A stretch of DNA of 64,000 bases from a bacterium (lineage in GTDB: Bacteria > Bacteroidota > Ignavibacteria > UBA10030), in contig JAZDJN010000016.1 of NCBI GenBank assembly GCA_043803945.1, positions 224,812 through 288,811 on the forward strand. Reading direction: 5' to 3'. The first letter of the stretch is position 1, and each line of letters starts with the position of its first letter. The translations under genes and the position numbers were made by a program. Under the pieces are notes generated by a model. That model was given only the letters and a program-made list of their open reading frames with translations, was not told the DNA's origin and searched no databases. Shown piece after piece: positions 48,774 to 58,604 of this stretch.

Positions 48774-49568
48774 ATGCTCTTAGCAATCGATATCGGAAAT
48801 ACCCATACAGTGTTTGGTGTCTATCGCGGTTCTTCACTTATCGTTGACTGGCGTGTGACCAGTATGCTCCAGCGTACGGAGGACGAGATTGGAACGCAGG
48901 TAAAACTCTTCCTCGAAGAGGCAAAGATTCCGTTAAAAAAGATCACCGGTGTCGGAATTTCCTCTGTGGTACCAAACCTCACCGATATCTTCACCATGAT
49001 GTCCAGAAAATATTTTCATAAAGAACCTCTCATTGTCTCATCGGCTCTCGATCTGGGAATCACGATTCATTATGACGATCCAAATTCCGTCGGTGCCGAC
49101 AGGCTTTGTAATGCTATCGCCGGGTACTCAAGGTTCGGTGGTCCCTTGATCATTATTGATTTTGGTACTGCAACCACCTACGACGTTATTGATAGCAACG
49201 GAGATTATCTGGGAGGTGCCATCGCTCCGGGAGTCGAAACATCGGCTGTCGATCTTCACCGCCGGGCTGCCAAACTTCCAAAAATCGAGCTTCGCTTCCC
49301 AAAAGCCCTCATAGGGCAGGATACCGTTACCAGTATGCAGGCAGGGATAATGTATGGTGCTGTTGATGCAATGGATGGTATGGTAGAGCGGCTGCAGAAG
49401 GCCCTGCGTGAGATGAATAAGAAACCTGCCATGGTGATCGCTACAGGAGGATTCTCGAAGCTCCTCTCCAGCCAATCCAATGTTATCTCGGAGTGTGTTC
49501 CTTCGCTGGTCCTGGATGGTTTGAGATTGATTTTCGAGCGTATTGAGAAGGGAAAAAATAAGCTATAA
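48774..49568 (+). CDS. coaX: Type III pantothenate kinase
   Basis: MLLAIDIGNTHTVFGVY...GADRLCNAIAG...IIDFGTATTYDV (ASKHA fold). ATG at 48774 preferred over the track start 48723, which would overlap birA. Confidence 0.85.
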   Translation: MLLAIDIGNTHTVFGVYRGSSLIVDWRVTSMLQRTEDEIGTQVKLFLEEAKIPLKKITGVGISSVVPNLTDIFTMMSRKYFHKEPLIVSSALDLGITIHYDDPNSVGADRLCNAIAGYSRFGGPLIIIDFGTATTYDVIDSNGDYLGGAIAPGVETSAVDLHRRAAKLPKIELRFPKALIGQDTVTSMQAGIMYGAVDAMDGMVERLQKALREMNKKPAMVIATGGFSKLLSSQSNVISECVPSLVLDGLRLIFERIEKGKNKL

Positions 49569-50315
49569 CCGCGCTTTTAATTCCTTGATCCGTGCTTCGA
49601 ACTCATTCATGACTCTCTTAATCTCACCAATGTCTTCGTGACGTGCATAGAGATGCTGGCTAAGTTCAAGAAAACTTCGCATTCCTATTTCCAGAGCTTT
49701 AGTTGCTTCCTCTACTTCCAGAATGCGATCGGTCTCACTAGAGGATCCTCTGTCAGATCCTTGCTGTTGCTTGGAGTGCGTTGATTCATAAATCGCCGCG
49801 AGATGAGCAAACGCTGTATTAAGTACGGGGGTGACAATATTGATTGCTTGTTGGACGGAATCGGTGGCTTCCCGGTTTAACAGTATCTCTTTTTGTACCC
49901 TCTCCTCTTCATCCTTCTTTGAAACTCTATATACATAGCGTTCATGTGTCGCTTCAATAAGATTGTGCAGCATCAGAATATCGGTTGATTCTTTTCGGGC
50001 ATAGTCATACGCACCGAGCTTCATTGCCTCCACAGCAATGATTTCAGAGCCTGCTCCCGTTAACATGACAACCGGTATTGAGATATTCCTGGCGATGATC
50101 CATTCCAATACCTCGAGCCCATTCATCTCAGGCATACGATAATCGAGTAAAATAACATCGAAGACCTGGATTTCATCCCCAAGAATTTTGATGGCTTCCT
50201 CACCCGACATCGCCAGGGTCGTCTGATAGTTATATTCTTCTGTTAAACCATAAGAAAGGACTTCGATGTAAGAGCGTTCGTCGTCAACGAGTAGGATTCG
50301 AAGATTTGATGCCAT
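49563..50315 (-). CDS. Response regulator receiver protein with ~120-aa helical C-terminal domain of unknown function
   Basis: REC domain (ILLVDDERSY...DVILLDYRMPEMNG...K), then a coiled-coil-like tail. Start taken at MASNLRILLVDDE (50315). Confidence 0.7.
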   Translation of the reverse strand: MASNLRILLVDDERSYIEVLSYGLTEEYNYQTTLAMSGEEAIKILGDEIQVFDVILLDYRMPEMNGLEVLEWIIARNISIPVVMLTGAGSEIIAVEAMKLGAYDYARKESTDILMLHNLIEATHERYVYRVSKKDEEERVQKEILLNREATDSVQQAINIVTPVLNTAFAHLAAIYESTHSKQQQGSDRGSSSETDRILEVEEATKALEIGMRSFLELSQHLYARHEDIGEIKRVMNEFEARIKELKARL

Positions 50316-50374
50316 ATTCAAACCATGGGCGGTTCCCATAGTTTTCCCCCTACACAAAACAATAATGACAGAGT

Positions 50375-50413
50375 AAAAAGAGCCTCTCGCTTCCTATCCG
50401 AAGGAGAGGCTCA
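50375..50413 (-). terminator. Rho-independent terminator downstream of nuoN (9-bp stem GAGCCTCTC/GAGAGGCTC + U5)
   Basis: + strand reads aaaaaGAGCCTCTCgcttcctatccgaagGAGAGGCTC. On the - strand the hairpin is followed by TTTTTAC. Confidence 0.55.
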
Positions 50414-50429
50414 TGGTTAGAACAATTCG

Positions 50430-51926
50430 TTATCGTGCGCCAACCATCATCACCGATGCATTTGCAAGATCCACAATCGGTGCATAGAACAATCCGAACA
50501 GCACAGTCGGAATCATTAACACAAATAGGAAAACAATCTGAGGTACCGAAAATTGAATCGGCGTTGCATGCTTTTCTGGATCACGTAAAAATATATTACG
50601 TATGACGCGGACGTAAAAGTAGAGTGACACAACACTATTTAATGCACCGACGATGGCCAACCAGATCCATCGTGCATCGAGCAATGCGGCGAAGAGAAAG
50701 AGTTTTCCGATGAATCCCGCAGTCGGCGGTAAACCGGCAAGCGATATGAAAAAGATCACCATTGCCACACTGATCATCGGCGATCGGTATCCCATCCCCT
50801 TGTAAGAATCAATATCTTCTTTCCCTGTCTTCGATTCGATAAGCATAACGACATAGAATGCACCCAGGTTCATGAACAGATATACGATGAAGTAGATGAG
50901 CACTGCGGCGATTCCCTTATCGCTCAGCACGACGACTCCCATTAACATATAACCGGCATGAGCAATGCTCGAGTACGCAAGAAGCCTTTTCAGATTATCC
51001 TGCCAGACTGCGACGAGATTTCCAAGGGTCATCGTCAGCACTGAGAGAATCGCAACGATCTTGTTCCATTCCAAGCCCTGTAATGTTACCCAGAGAGCGG
51101 AGGGTAATCCGGGAACGGTGAAATCAAAAAACGACATCTTGAAAAATCGAATCAACATCGCGAACCCTGCAGCTTTCGATGCCACTGAGAGGAACGCGGT
51201 AATGGTAATAGGTGCACCCTCATAGACATCCGGAGTCCAGAAATGAAATGGGACTGCGGAGATCTTATATCCAAAGCCCACGAGAATAAAAATGATCGCG
51301 ATGAGTAAAGCAATCGGATTTACCGGCATCATCGTTAAAGCCCTATTGATGCCATAAACGTCCGTCGCACCGGTCAGACCAAAGAGAATAGACATGCCAT
51401 ACAGCATCACTCCCGACGAGAGCGCTCCATAGATGATATATTTCAATGCTGCTTCGCTTGAGTCGGAAGCTTCGCGGGTATATCCTGCAACCACGTAAGA
51501 ACTCAAACTCGTTAACTCGATCGCCAACACCATCATCAGGAGGCTCGTGGCACCGGCCATAAGAAACATGCCGAGCGTCATCGAAACAATCAGCGTTGAG
51601 TATTCCATTAACCGATTAATGGTCGAACGAACCTCCGACGAGTAGAGGGAAAAAAGCAGGATGAGAAAAGCTGACATACCGACAATCAGTTTGAAAAAAG
51701 AGGCAAACGGATCGAGAGCCAGCATCCCAGAGAATAGGGCCTGTGACGTGCCCATTTGTTTGACCACAAAATACAGGGAAACGAGTATTCCCACACCGGA
51801 GAGTACCGGAACAATTTGTGGTCTCTTGGTAGCAATTAACCCGGCGAGCAGCGTTACGCAGACCGTTGCCGTCAGAATCGTCTCCGGGAGGAATAACGAA
51901 AGACTATTGAGAATTTGTTCAGTCAT
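50430..51926 (-). CDS. nuoN: NADH-quinone oxidoreductase subunit N
   Basis: 14-TM antiporter-like subunit, 498 aa, last gene of the operon. Confidence 0.9.
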   Translation of the reverse strand: MTEQILNSLSLFLPETILTATVCVTLLAGLIATKRPQIVPVLSGVGILVSLYFVVKQMGTSQALFSGMLALDPFASFFKLIVGMSAFLILLFSLYSSEVRSTINRLMEYSTLIVSMTLGMFLMAGATSLLMMVLAIELTSLSSYVVAGYTREASDSSEAALKYIIYGALSSGVMLYGMSILFGLTGATDVYGINRALTMMPVNPIALLIAIIFILVGFGYKISAVPFHFWTPDVYEGAPITITAFLSVASKAAGFAMLIRFFKMSFFDFTVPGLPSALWVTLQGLEWNKIVAILSVLTMTLGNLVAVWQDNLKRLLAYSSIAHAGYMLMGVVVLSDKGIAAVLIYFIVYLFMNLGAFYVVMLIESKTGKEDIDSYKGMGYRSPMISVAMVIFFISLAGLPPTAGFIGKLFLFAALLDARWIWLAIVGALNSVVSLYFYVRVIRNIFLRDPEKHATPIQFSVPQIVFLFVLMIPTVLFGLFYAPIVDLANASVMMVGAR

Positions 51927-51969
51927 AGTTCAACGCGCATTCATATTTCAAGAGAAAATCTTAATACCC

Positions 51970-53574
51970 TTACGGTAGTACCGGTACTGCGACAACGCCG
52001 GTTTTCACAAGTTCGACGAGATGATTCAACGAACTGGTCATCATATCAAGCAAGAATGATGGATAAATACCCAGAACGAGCACAATAACTGCAAGCGGAA
52101 CGAGAGCTGCAAGTTCACGTCCGTTAATATCGGGCAATGTGGCCCATTTTTCATTCGGTTGTCCAAGGAATACACGCTGCAGCGTCCAGAGCATATACGC
52201 GGCGGTCAGTACAATGCCAAGTGTCGATGCAATCGTAATGGCTCTGTGTGTCTGGAATGCACCGAGGAATGAAAACGCTTCGGAAATAAATCCGCTTAAT
52301 CCGGGCAATCCAAGAGCAGCGAAAAACGCAACAGTCATAATTCCAGTATATTTTGGCATCGTTAACGCAAGTCCGCCAAACGCCGTGAGGTCTCGGGTAT
52401 GGGCACGGTCATAAAGGACTCCAACGATCAAGAAGAGCATTGCGGTGATTGTACCATGGTTGAACATCTGGAACACAGCGCCCATCATACCCTGCGTGTT
52501 CATCGCTGACATCCCCAGCAAGACAATACCCATGTGGCTGATGCTGGAATATGCAATGAGTTTCTTGAAGTCCTTCTGCGCCATTGCACAGAGTGCACCA
52601 TACACAATGTTGATGAATGCCAAAATGGCCAGCGCCCAACTATAATGATTGGCGGCATCGGGGAAGATTGGGTAACTGATCCTCAACAGCCCATAGGTAC
52701 CCATTTTCAGCAGCACCCCGGCGAGAATAACACTAATGGCGGTTGGAGCCTCAACGTGTGCATCGGGCAGCCAGGTGTGGAACGGGAAGATTGGTACTTT
52801 GATGGCGAATCCGATAAAGAGCGCGATATAAGCCAAATAGCGCCAATAGGTACCGACTCCACCGAGAAGAGAACTGGGATCAAAGTTCGCAGGATTCATC
52901 ATGGCGAGCATATTAAAGGTATAAATCTTCTCACCAGTTGCCGGATCAATAATCCTGACACTGAAGTAGAGAGCGATCATCGCGAGCAATATGAGCACGC
53001 TTCCAAGCAGCGTAAACAGGAAGAACTTGATTGCGGCATACTCACGACGCGGGCCTCCCCAAACACCAATAAGAAAGTACATCGGCAGAAGCATCACTTC
53101 CCAGAATACATAGAAGAGGAAGAAATCGAGAGAGACGAAGACACCCATCATACCGGTGTCGAGCAGAAGAAACATCGCAAAGTATCCCTTCAGCGCCTTG
53201 TCGATTTTCCAGGAGGCAATGACGCCTATAAAGGAAATTAATGCCGTCAGGAGGACCATCGGGGCGCTCAATCCGTCGATTCCAAGAAAGTACTCAACAT
53301 AGATGCGGCCAAACCAGGGCACACCCTTAATGTCGATCCACTTCGCTCTCTCGACAAATTGCATTCCCTCTGCTGTATTGATGCCTGCCAGGGCATGATC
53401 AAACTTGAAGTAGATCAGCACTGCAATCACCAACTGCAGGAAGGTGAAGAACAGCGCAGCCCACTTCATCATCTCCTGACTCTCCTTGCGAAGAATCAGA
53501 ACGACGACCATGCCAACAATCGGCAGGAATGTTATCCAACTGAGAATACCGATACCCAAGAATTCCATTATCAT
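51970..53574 (-). CDS. nuoM: NADH-quinone oxidoreductase subunit M
   Basis: Antiporter-like subunit, 534 aa, conserved NuoM motifs (WLPDAHVEAPT). Confidence 0.9.
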   Translation of the reverse strand: MIMEFLGIGILSWITFLPIVGMVVVLILRKESQEMMKWAALFFTFLQLVIAVLIYFKFDHALAGINTAEGMQFVERAKWIDIKGVPWFGRIYVEYFLGIDGLSAPMVLLTALISFIGVIASWKIDKALKGYFAMFLLLDTGMMGVFVSLDFFLFYVFWEVMLLPMYFLIGVWGGPRREYAAIKFFLFTLLGSVLILLAMIALYFSVRIIDPATGEKIYTFNMLAMMNPANFDPSSLLGGVGTYWRYLAYIALFIGFAIKVPIFPFHTWLPDAHVEAPTAISVILAGVLLKMGTYGLLRISYPIFPDAANHYSWALAILAFINIVYGALCAMAQKDFKKLIAYSSISHMGIVLLGMSAMNTQGMMGAVFQMFNHGTITAMLFLIVGVLYDRAHTRDLTAFGGLALTMPKYTGIMTVAFFAALGLPGLSGFISEAFSFLGAFQTHRAITIASTLGIVLTAAYMLWTLQRVFLGQPNEKWATLPDINGRELAALVPLAVIVLVLGIYPSFLLDMMTSSLNHLVELVKTGVVAVPVLP

Positions 53575-53636
53575 CTACTCCTTTTAGATATCAATTGAAC
53601 AAATTCACATATTCTGAACTGCTGTACTACTGCACA

Positions 53637-55904
53637 TTATCGAAACCATAAAAAGAACACCATCACGCCAAGAATCACAAAGGCGAGATAGGTTTGCACC
53701 TTTCCTGTCTGCAAACGGCGGGAAAGCAAACCCAGGAAACCTGCGAAGTAGGCGGTAAAGTTAACCAGTCCGTCGACGATGCGATTATCAAATCCACCAA
53801 CACCGACGTAGAAGAGGAAAAATGTTAAGCCTGCGACACCAAGCGAGAGAACAACATACCCGATGATGCCCCAGAGCTGCACATCGAGCGGCATAATCGC
53901 CGTGCCGAAAAGATAACCGATGTACATCGAAATCATTCCTGTGACAGCGAGATAGAATAGGCTGGCAATGCTTCCCTCTTCCCAATTCTCCTTGCGTCCC
54001 AACACCAGGCCTTTTGTCCAACTGCCCACACCATTGACGATGCCGTCAATGATTTTATTGTCAAACCAGGCATAAGCATTCATCACTACCATGGTGCCGC
54101 GAACAACAGTCCAATCATAGATCTCATCGAAATACCATTTGTTGAGCAGTATCCGATGAAGCACTGGCAATTTGGCTGCAAAAGCATCGGCATTGATTTT
54201 CTTCCAGTGATAGGTTGCAAACGCGATCAGGATGCCTGTGCCTGCAACGAGCAGCGAAAGAATCATCGCCAGAGTGTGATTGTGATGAAGCGCCTCCTCG
54301 AACTGTTCAATTCCGGCAGCAGCAACACCCACAGGTACGACAGATTCAGGCCTGGGAACCGCTCCGAAGAGCCAGCCACTGGCGGCTCCGATTGGATTGA
54401 AACTATAGAACACAAAGAAAGAAAGCACGGCAAAAACGATGAGGGGAATTGTCATCACCTTTGGCGATTCATGAATCGAATCAAACCGATGGCTGTCTTT
54501 GTGTTCCCCGTGGAAGGTCAGGAGCACCAGGCGGAACATATAGAATGCTGTCAATCCGGCGACCAGAAATGCGACAATTGGAATAATGGTATGGCCCGTG
54601 AGGCTTCCAAAAGCAAGAGTACCCGCAAGAATTTCGTCCTTGCTTAAAAATCCGGAGGTCAATGGTACTCCAGAAATAGCGAGCGTAAACATCAGGAATG
54701 TCCAGTATGTGACAGGCATCTTCTTTTTCAATCCACCCATATTCCTGATGTCTTGTGGATCTGTGTGATGGTCGCCGCCGTGATGCAATGCATGATGCAT
54801 CGCGTGGATGACGGAGCCTGAGCCAAGAAATAAGCCTGCCTTAAACATGGCATGAGTCACAAGATGGAAGAAACCTGCAGTGTATGCCCCGACGCCAAGT
54901 CCCATCACCATATACCCCAGTTGGCTGATGGTGGAATAGGCAAGTACCTTCTTAATATCGTTCTGGGCGATCGCAATCGTTGCAGAAATGAATGCGGTAA
55001 TAACACCGATATAGGCGATGGTCAGCAGCGCATCTGCCGTCATCATCGGGAATGTGCGTGCAATGAGATAAACACCTGCGGCAACCATTGTTGCGGCATG
55101 AATGAGTGCACTGACCGGCGTGGGCCCTTCCATAGCATCGGGCAGCCAGACATGGAGCGGGAACTGGGCAGACTTGCCGACGGCGCCGCAGAAGATTAAT
55201 ATCCCGGCTGCCGTAAGCCACGATTCGCTGCCCATCGGAATGGTGCCGTTTTTCAATGCTTCAAAGATTGTCTCAAAAGTAAAGGTCTTGAAGGTTGAGT
55301 AGAGAATCATAATACCGGAGAACATACCGATATCGCCTATACGGTTTACAATAAACGCTTTCATCGCTGCATCGCTGGCGGATTTCTTTTCGAACCAATG
55401 GCCAATCAACAAATACGAACTCAGTCCCACCAACTCCCAAAACACATACATCATGAAGAAATTATTTGTTAGAACGATTCCGAGCATCGAGAAGGTAAAA
55501 AATCCAAGGTAAGCAAAATAGCGGCCGTAACGAACATCGCCATACATGTACCCGATCGAGAAGAGATGGACCAGCGCACTCACCAGGTTGACGACAACCA
55601 GCATAATGGCGACGAGATTGTCGACCATGATGCCAAGTGTTATCGTGAGCGGCCCGAATCCCGGTACGATACCGAAACTTACCCATGTGAAGCTGCCCTC
55701 AATTGTCTGATCGTGGTAAGAAAGTAATTTCACCGCCAGGATGATAATTGAAAGCAGAAGGGCAAGGAATAAGATCCCCGTTTCAAGCCAGTCTCCTCTT
55801 CGCGGAAGCCTCTTGTCGAAGAAGATGAGGATAGCAAATCCGAGCAACGGGAGAAGAAGCACAGCGACAGCGAGCGAGAGAATTGTTTCGTGAGACATAG
55901 GCAA
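53637..55904 (-). CDS. nuoL: NADH-quinone oxidoreductase subunit L (extended, 755 aa)
   Basis: NuoL core (WLPDAMEGPTPVSALIHAATMV) plus the lateral-helix start WYFDEIYD. The C-terminal region is about 100 aa longer than usual, with a duplicated FDNxI(I/V)DG(I/L)VN segment. Confidence 0.9.
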   Translation of the reverse strand: MPMSHETILSLAVAVLLLPLLGFAILIFFDKRLPRRGDWLETGILFLALLLSIIILAVKLLSYHDQTIEGSFTWVSFGIVPGFGPLTITLGIMVDNLVAIMLVVVNLVSALVHLFSIGYMYGDVRYGRYFAYLGFFTFSMLGIVLTNNFFMMYVFWELVGLSSYLLIGHWFEKKSASDAAMKAFIVNRIGDIGMFSGIMILYSTFKTFTFETIFEALKNGTIPMGSESWLTAAGILIFCGAVGKSAQFPLHVWLPDAMEGPTPVSALIHAATMVAAGVYLIARTFPMMTADALLTIAYIGVITAFISATIAIAQNDIKKVLAYSTISQLGYMVMGLGVGAYTAGFFHLVTHAMFKAGLFLGSGSVIHAMHHALHHGGDHHTDPQDIRNMGGLKKKMPVTYWTFLMFTLAISGVPLTSGFLSKDEILAGTLAFGSLTGHTIIPIVAFLVAGLTAFYMFRLVLLTFHGEHKDSHRFDSIHESPKVMTIPLIVFAVLSFFVFYSFNPIGAASGWLFGAVPRPESVVPVGVAAAGIEQFEEALHHNHTLAMILSLLVAGTGILIAFATYHWKKINADAFAAKLPVLHRILLNKWYFDEIYDWTVVRGTMVVMNAYAWFDNKIIDGIVNGVGSWTKGLVLGRKENWEEGSIASLFYLAVTGMISMYIGYLFGTAIMPLDVQLWGIIGYVVLSLGVAGLTFFLFYVGVGGFDNRIVDGLVNFTAYFAGFLGLLSRRLQTGKVQTYLAFVILGVMVFFLWFR

Positions 55905-56021
55905 ATTTTCGATTGACGATTTACGATTGTCTGCGCCTGAGGCGCATCCGCTTTGGCGGAGAATGCCGATTGGCTGGAGAATTTCAGATGACTTCTCGCA
56001 GCAGCATCTCGGCTTTTTCGT

Positions 56022-56357
56022 TTAGTCGCGGAGTTGATTCAACTCATCGACATTGACTGTATTAAAGTTCTGAAAAATATTAAGAACAATTGCCAGTGCG
56101 ATCGCCGCCTCGGCAGCCGCAAGAATAATCACAAAGAGCGCAATCACCTGTCCATCGAGCGTTCCCGATGTGTAGCGTGAGAAAGCGATAAAGTTAATGT
56201 TCGCTGCATTCAGGACGAGTTCAATCCCCATCAAGACCATTATGGCATTTCTGCGTGTCAGAATGGCGAAGACACCCAGGGAGAAGAGAATTCCGCTAAT
56301 GATGAGAAAGTGTGTCAATGACGGATGTTGAAGCCACTGTGCGAAATCTTGTTGCAT
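56022..56357 (-). CDS. nuoK: NADH-quinone oxidoreductase subunit K
   Basis: 3-TM subunit, conserved glutamates (MGIELVLNAANI); 111 aa. Confidence 0.85.
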   Translation of the reverse strand: MQQDFAQWLQHPSLTHFLIISGILFSLGVFAILTRRNAIMVLMGIELVLNAANINFIAFSRYTSGTLDGQVIALFVIILAAAEAAIALAIVLNIFQNFNTVNVDELNQLRD

Positions 56358-56371
56358 AACGCGATCCTTGC

Positions 56372-56878
56372 TTATGAACTTTTTCTTTCCCGCCGGGCGA
56401 TCATGGCAGAGCCAAATAACGCGACGAGCAGTACCACCGATGCGATCTCAAACGGGAGAATATAGCTCGACAGGAACATCATCCCAATTTCACGGGCAGT
56501 TGTTTCCAATGGCGGCAGCGGTGGAAGCATCCGCCACTCCGTAGACCAAAAGATTCCTATGAGCGTACCAGCCAGTGCAGAGGTGATGATGACCGCGGGC
56601 AATGTTTTCAAAGAGTTTGTCTTCATCTCGAGATTGACCATATTGGTCGTTAACATCACGCCAAACAAAATCAGGATGAGAATACCGCCGACATAAATCA
56701 TCAATTGCGTGATTGCCAGAAAATCAGCCATGAGCAGGACATAGAGTCCTGCCACTCCAAAAAATGTAAACAGGAGAGAAAATGCTGAATGGACAATATT
56801 CTTAGAGAAAACGACGATACTCGCCGAAACGAGTGTGATGAAAGCAAAAAGATAAAATGCGATGGTCGTGAGTTCCAT
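56372..56878 (-). CDS. nuoJ: NADH-quinone oxidoreductase subunit J
   Basis: 5-TM subunit, 168 aa, positioned between nuoI and nuoK. Confidence 0.85.
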   Translation of the reverse strand: MELTTIAFYLFAFITLVSASIVVFSKNIVHSAFSLLFTFFGVAGLYVLLMADFLAITQLMIYVGGILILILFGVMLTTNMVNLEMKTNSLKTLPAVIITSALAGTLIGIFWSTEWRMLPPLPPLETTAREIGMMFLSSYILPFEIASVVLLVALFGSAMIARRERKSS

Positions 56879-56884
56879 TGTTCC

Positions 56885-57493
56885 TTAATTCCCGGTTTGT
56901 CCTGATGGTGCCGCTGGTGGAGTTTGCGGAGGCGGCGCAGGGGGCGGCGTTGCCGCTTTCGCTGCGGCGGCTGCAGCTTTCTTTGCTGCCGCTGCGGCAT
57001 CTGCCTTTTTCAACCGTTCACGTGCTCCCTCAATCTCCTGCGGTGTCATTGTACCAAAGTGATAGATCAAATTGTGACGATCGTATTCGGAAAATTCGTA
57101 GACATCTGTCATAACAATACATTCTGTTGGACAAGGCGGGACACACAATCCGCAATAGCAGCACTTGCCGATGTCGATATCAAACCTGGAGACATACAAA
57201 CGCTTCTTTGTGTTCTTTGAGGTCAGGCCAAGATCGACATCCGGAGTGGACTTAATTGTTTCGATGGAAATGCAGTCGACCGGACAAGCCATGGAGCATT
57301 GATCGCACCCGATACAATCGTCAATATTGACATAGAGGCGATTTCGTGCCCGTTCAGGCATTGTCAATTTTTGATCGGGATAATGAATTGTCACCGACCG
57401 GATGAAGAGCTGGCGGATGGTAATCCGCATGCCGATCACAATACTGTAGAGAGCAGACCAGATATTTCCAAAATAGATTTTTACAGCTTCCAT
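56885..57493 (-). CDS. nuoI: NADH-quinone oxidoreductase subunit I (2x[4Fe-4S]) with Ala/Lys/Pro-rich C-terminal tail
   Basis: Two CxxCxxCxxxCP ferredoxin motifs. 40-aa low-complexity tail KKADAAAAAKKAAAAAAKAATPPPAPPPQTPPAAPSGQTGN. Confidence 0.9.
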   Translation of the reverse strand: MEAVKIYFGNIWSALYSIVIGMRITIRQLFIRSVTIHYPDQKLTMPERARNRLYVNIDDCIGCDQCSMACPVDCISIETIKSTPDVDLGLTSKNTKKRLYVSRFDIDIGKCCYCGLCVPPCPTECIVMTDVYEFSEYDRHNLIYHFGTMTPQEIEGARERLKKADAAAAAKKAAAAAAKAATPPPAPPPQTPPAAPSGQTGN

Positions 57494-57515
57494 AGACTCA
57501 CCAAATAATGTTTGC

Positions 57516-58562
57516 TTACAGCACCAGAATCAATCCAACGGCAAAAAGACAGACAAATAAAAAGGGTAAAAGAACTTTCCAGGAGGTGTACATCAATTGA
57601 TCGACTCGCAACCTCGGCAGCGTCCATCGCAGCCAGATTTGCATGAACACGAGGGACATACTCTTCATAATGAACCAGAAAAATCCCCACACCGGACCTG
57701 CGAGGAAGGATCCGAACGGGCTCGACCATCCTCCGAGGAAGAAACAGACGGCAACGCCAGAAACGAGAAACATGTTGGCATACTCGGCGAGATAAAACAT
57801 TGCCCACCGCATACCGCTGTATTCGGTAAAGAATCCCTGGACCAGTTCCGATTCTGCTTCGGGCAAATCGAAAGGCGTCCGATTCACCTCTGCAATTGAA
57901 GCGATAAACATGATGAAAAAGGTGATGAGCGTGAATGGCAGCAGAAGCAGCTTTGTGCCGAGCGGCAATGCGCCCCCAAAGACCACCCAGTTCTGGATTC
58001 CCCCTTCTTGAAACTTTACAACTTCCTGGAGGTTGAGCGACCCGACGATCGTCACACCGATAACGATGGCGAGGACAGTCGGTAACTCGTAGCTGATCAT
58101 CTGTGCCGCGGAACGGACAGCGCCAAAGAGCGACCACTTATTATTCGATGCCCATCCTCCCATGAGAATCCCTGCTACAACGAGCGAGGAAATCGCAACG
58201 ATAAAGAACGCCCCGAGGTCGATATTGCTGCCGATGAAAATGCTCGAAAACGGCAGTGAGGCGTATGCTGCATACGTTCCAATGAACACAATATAGGGAG
58301 AGAGTATAAAGAGAGTTTTATTGGCTGAATCGGGGATCGTGTCTTCCTTCTGAAGCAGCTTGATCATATCGGCAATCGGCTGCAGCGTGCCATGCCAACC
58401 TGTTCTCATATAGGCAACGCGATTCTGAATATGAGCAGCTACCTTCATCTCCATGTAGAGGGTTACAAGGACATAAACCAAGATGAAGATTAAGGGAAGG
58501 GCGCTTAATACCACGGTAACAAGCAGTGTTCCCCAGAATCCAAGATTTTGCAGAGCTTCCAT
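57516..58562 (-). CDS. nuoH: NADH-quinone oxidoreductase subunit H
   Basis: 8-TM ND1 homolog, 348 aa, conserved EXE loop and quinone-site residues. Confidence 0.9.
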   Translation of the reverse strand: MEALQNLGFWGTLLVTVVLSALPLIFILVYVLVTLYMEMKVAAHIQNRVAYMRTGWHGTLQPIADMIKLLQKEDTIPDSANKTLFILSPYIVFIGTYAAYASLPFSSIFIGSNIDLGAFFIVAISSLVVAGILMGGWASNNKWSLFGAVRSAAQMISYELPTVLAIVIGVTIVGSLNLQEVVKFQEGGIQNWVVFGGALPLGTKLLLLPFTLITFFIMFIASIAEVNRTPFDLPEAESELVQGFFTEYSGMRWAMFYLAEYANMFLVSGVAVCFFLGGWSSPFGSFLAGPVWGFFWFIMKSMSLVFMQIWLRWTLPRLRVDQLMYTSWKVLLPFLFVCLFAVGLILVL

Positions 58563-58604
58563 AGTAGTCAGTATCTGATGTCTATGCCATCAATCACATA
58601 TTTA

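Noticed and set aside
52534-53241. 235-aa antisense ORF inside nuoM, with similar antisense ORFs inside dnaK (42869..43357), nuoD (58908..59720) and nuoL
   Set aside because: They lie opposite strongly conserved genes and have a low-complexity, charge-rich composition typical of antisense frames.
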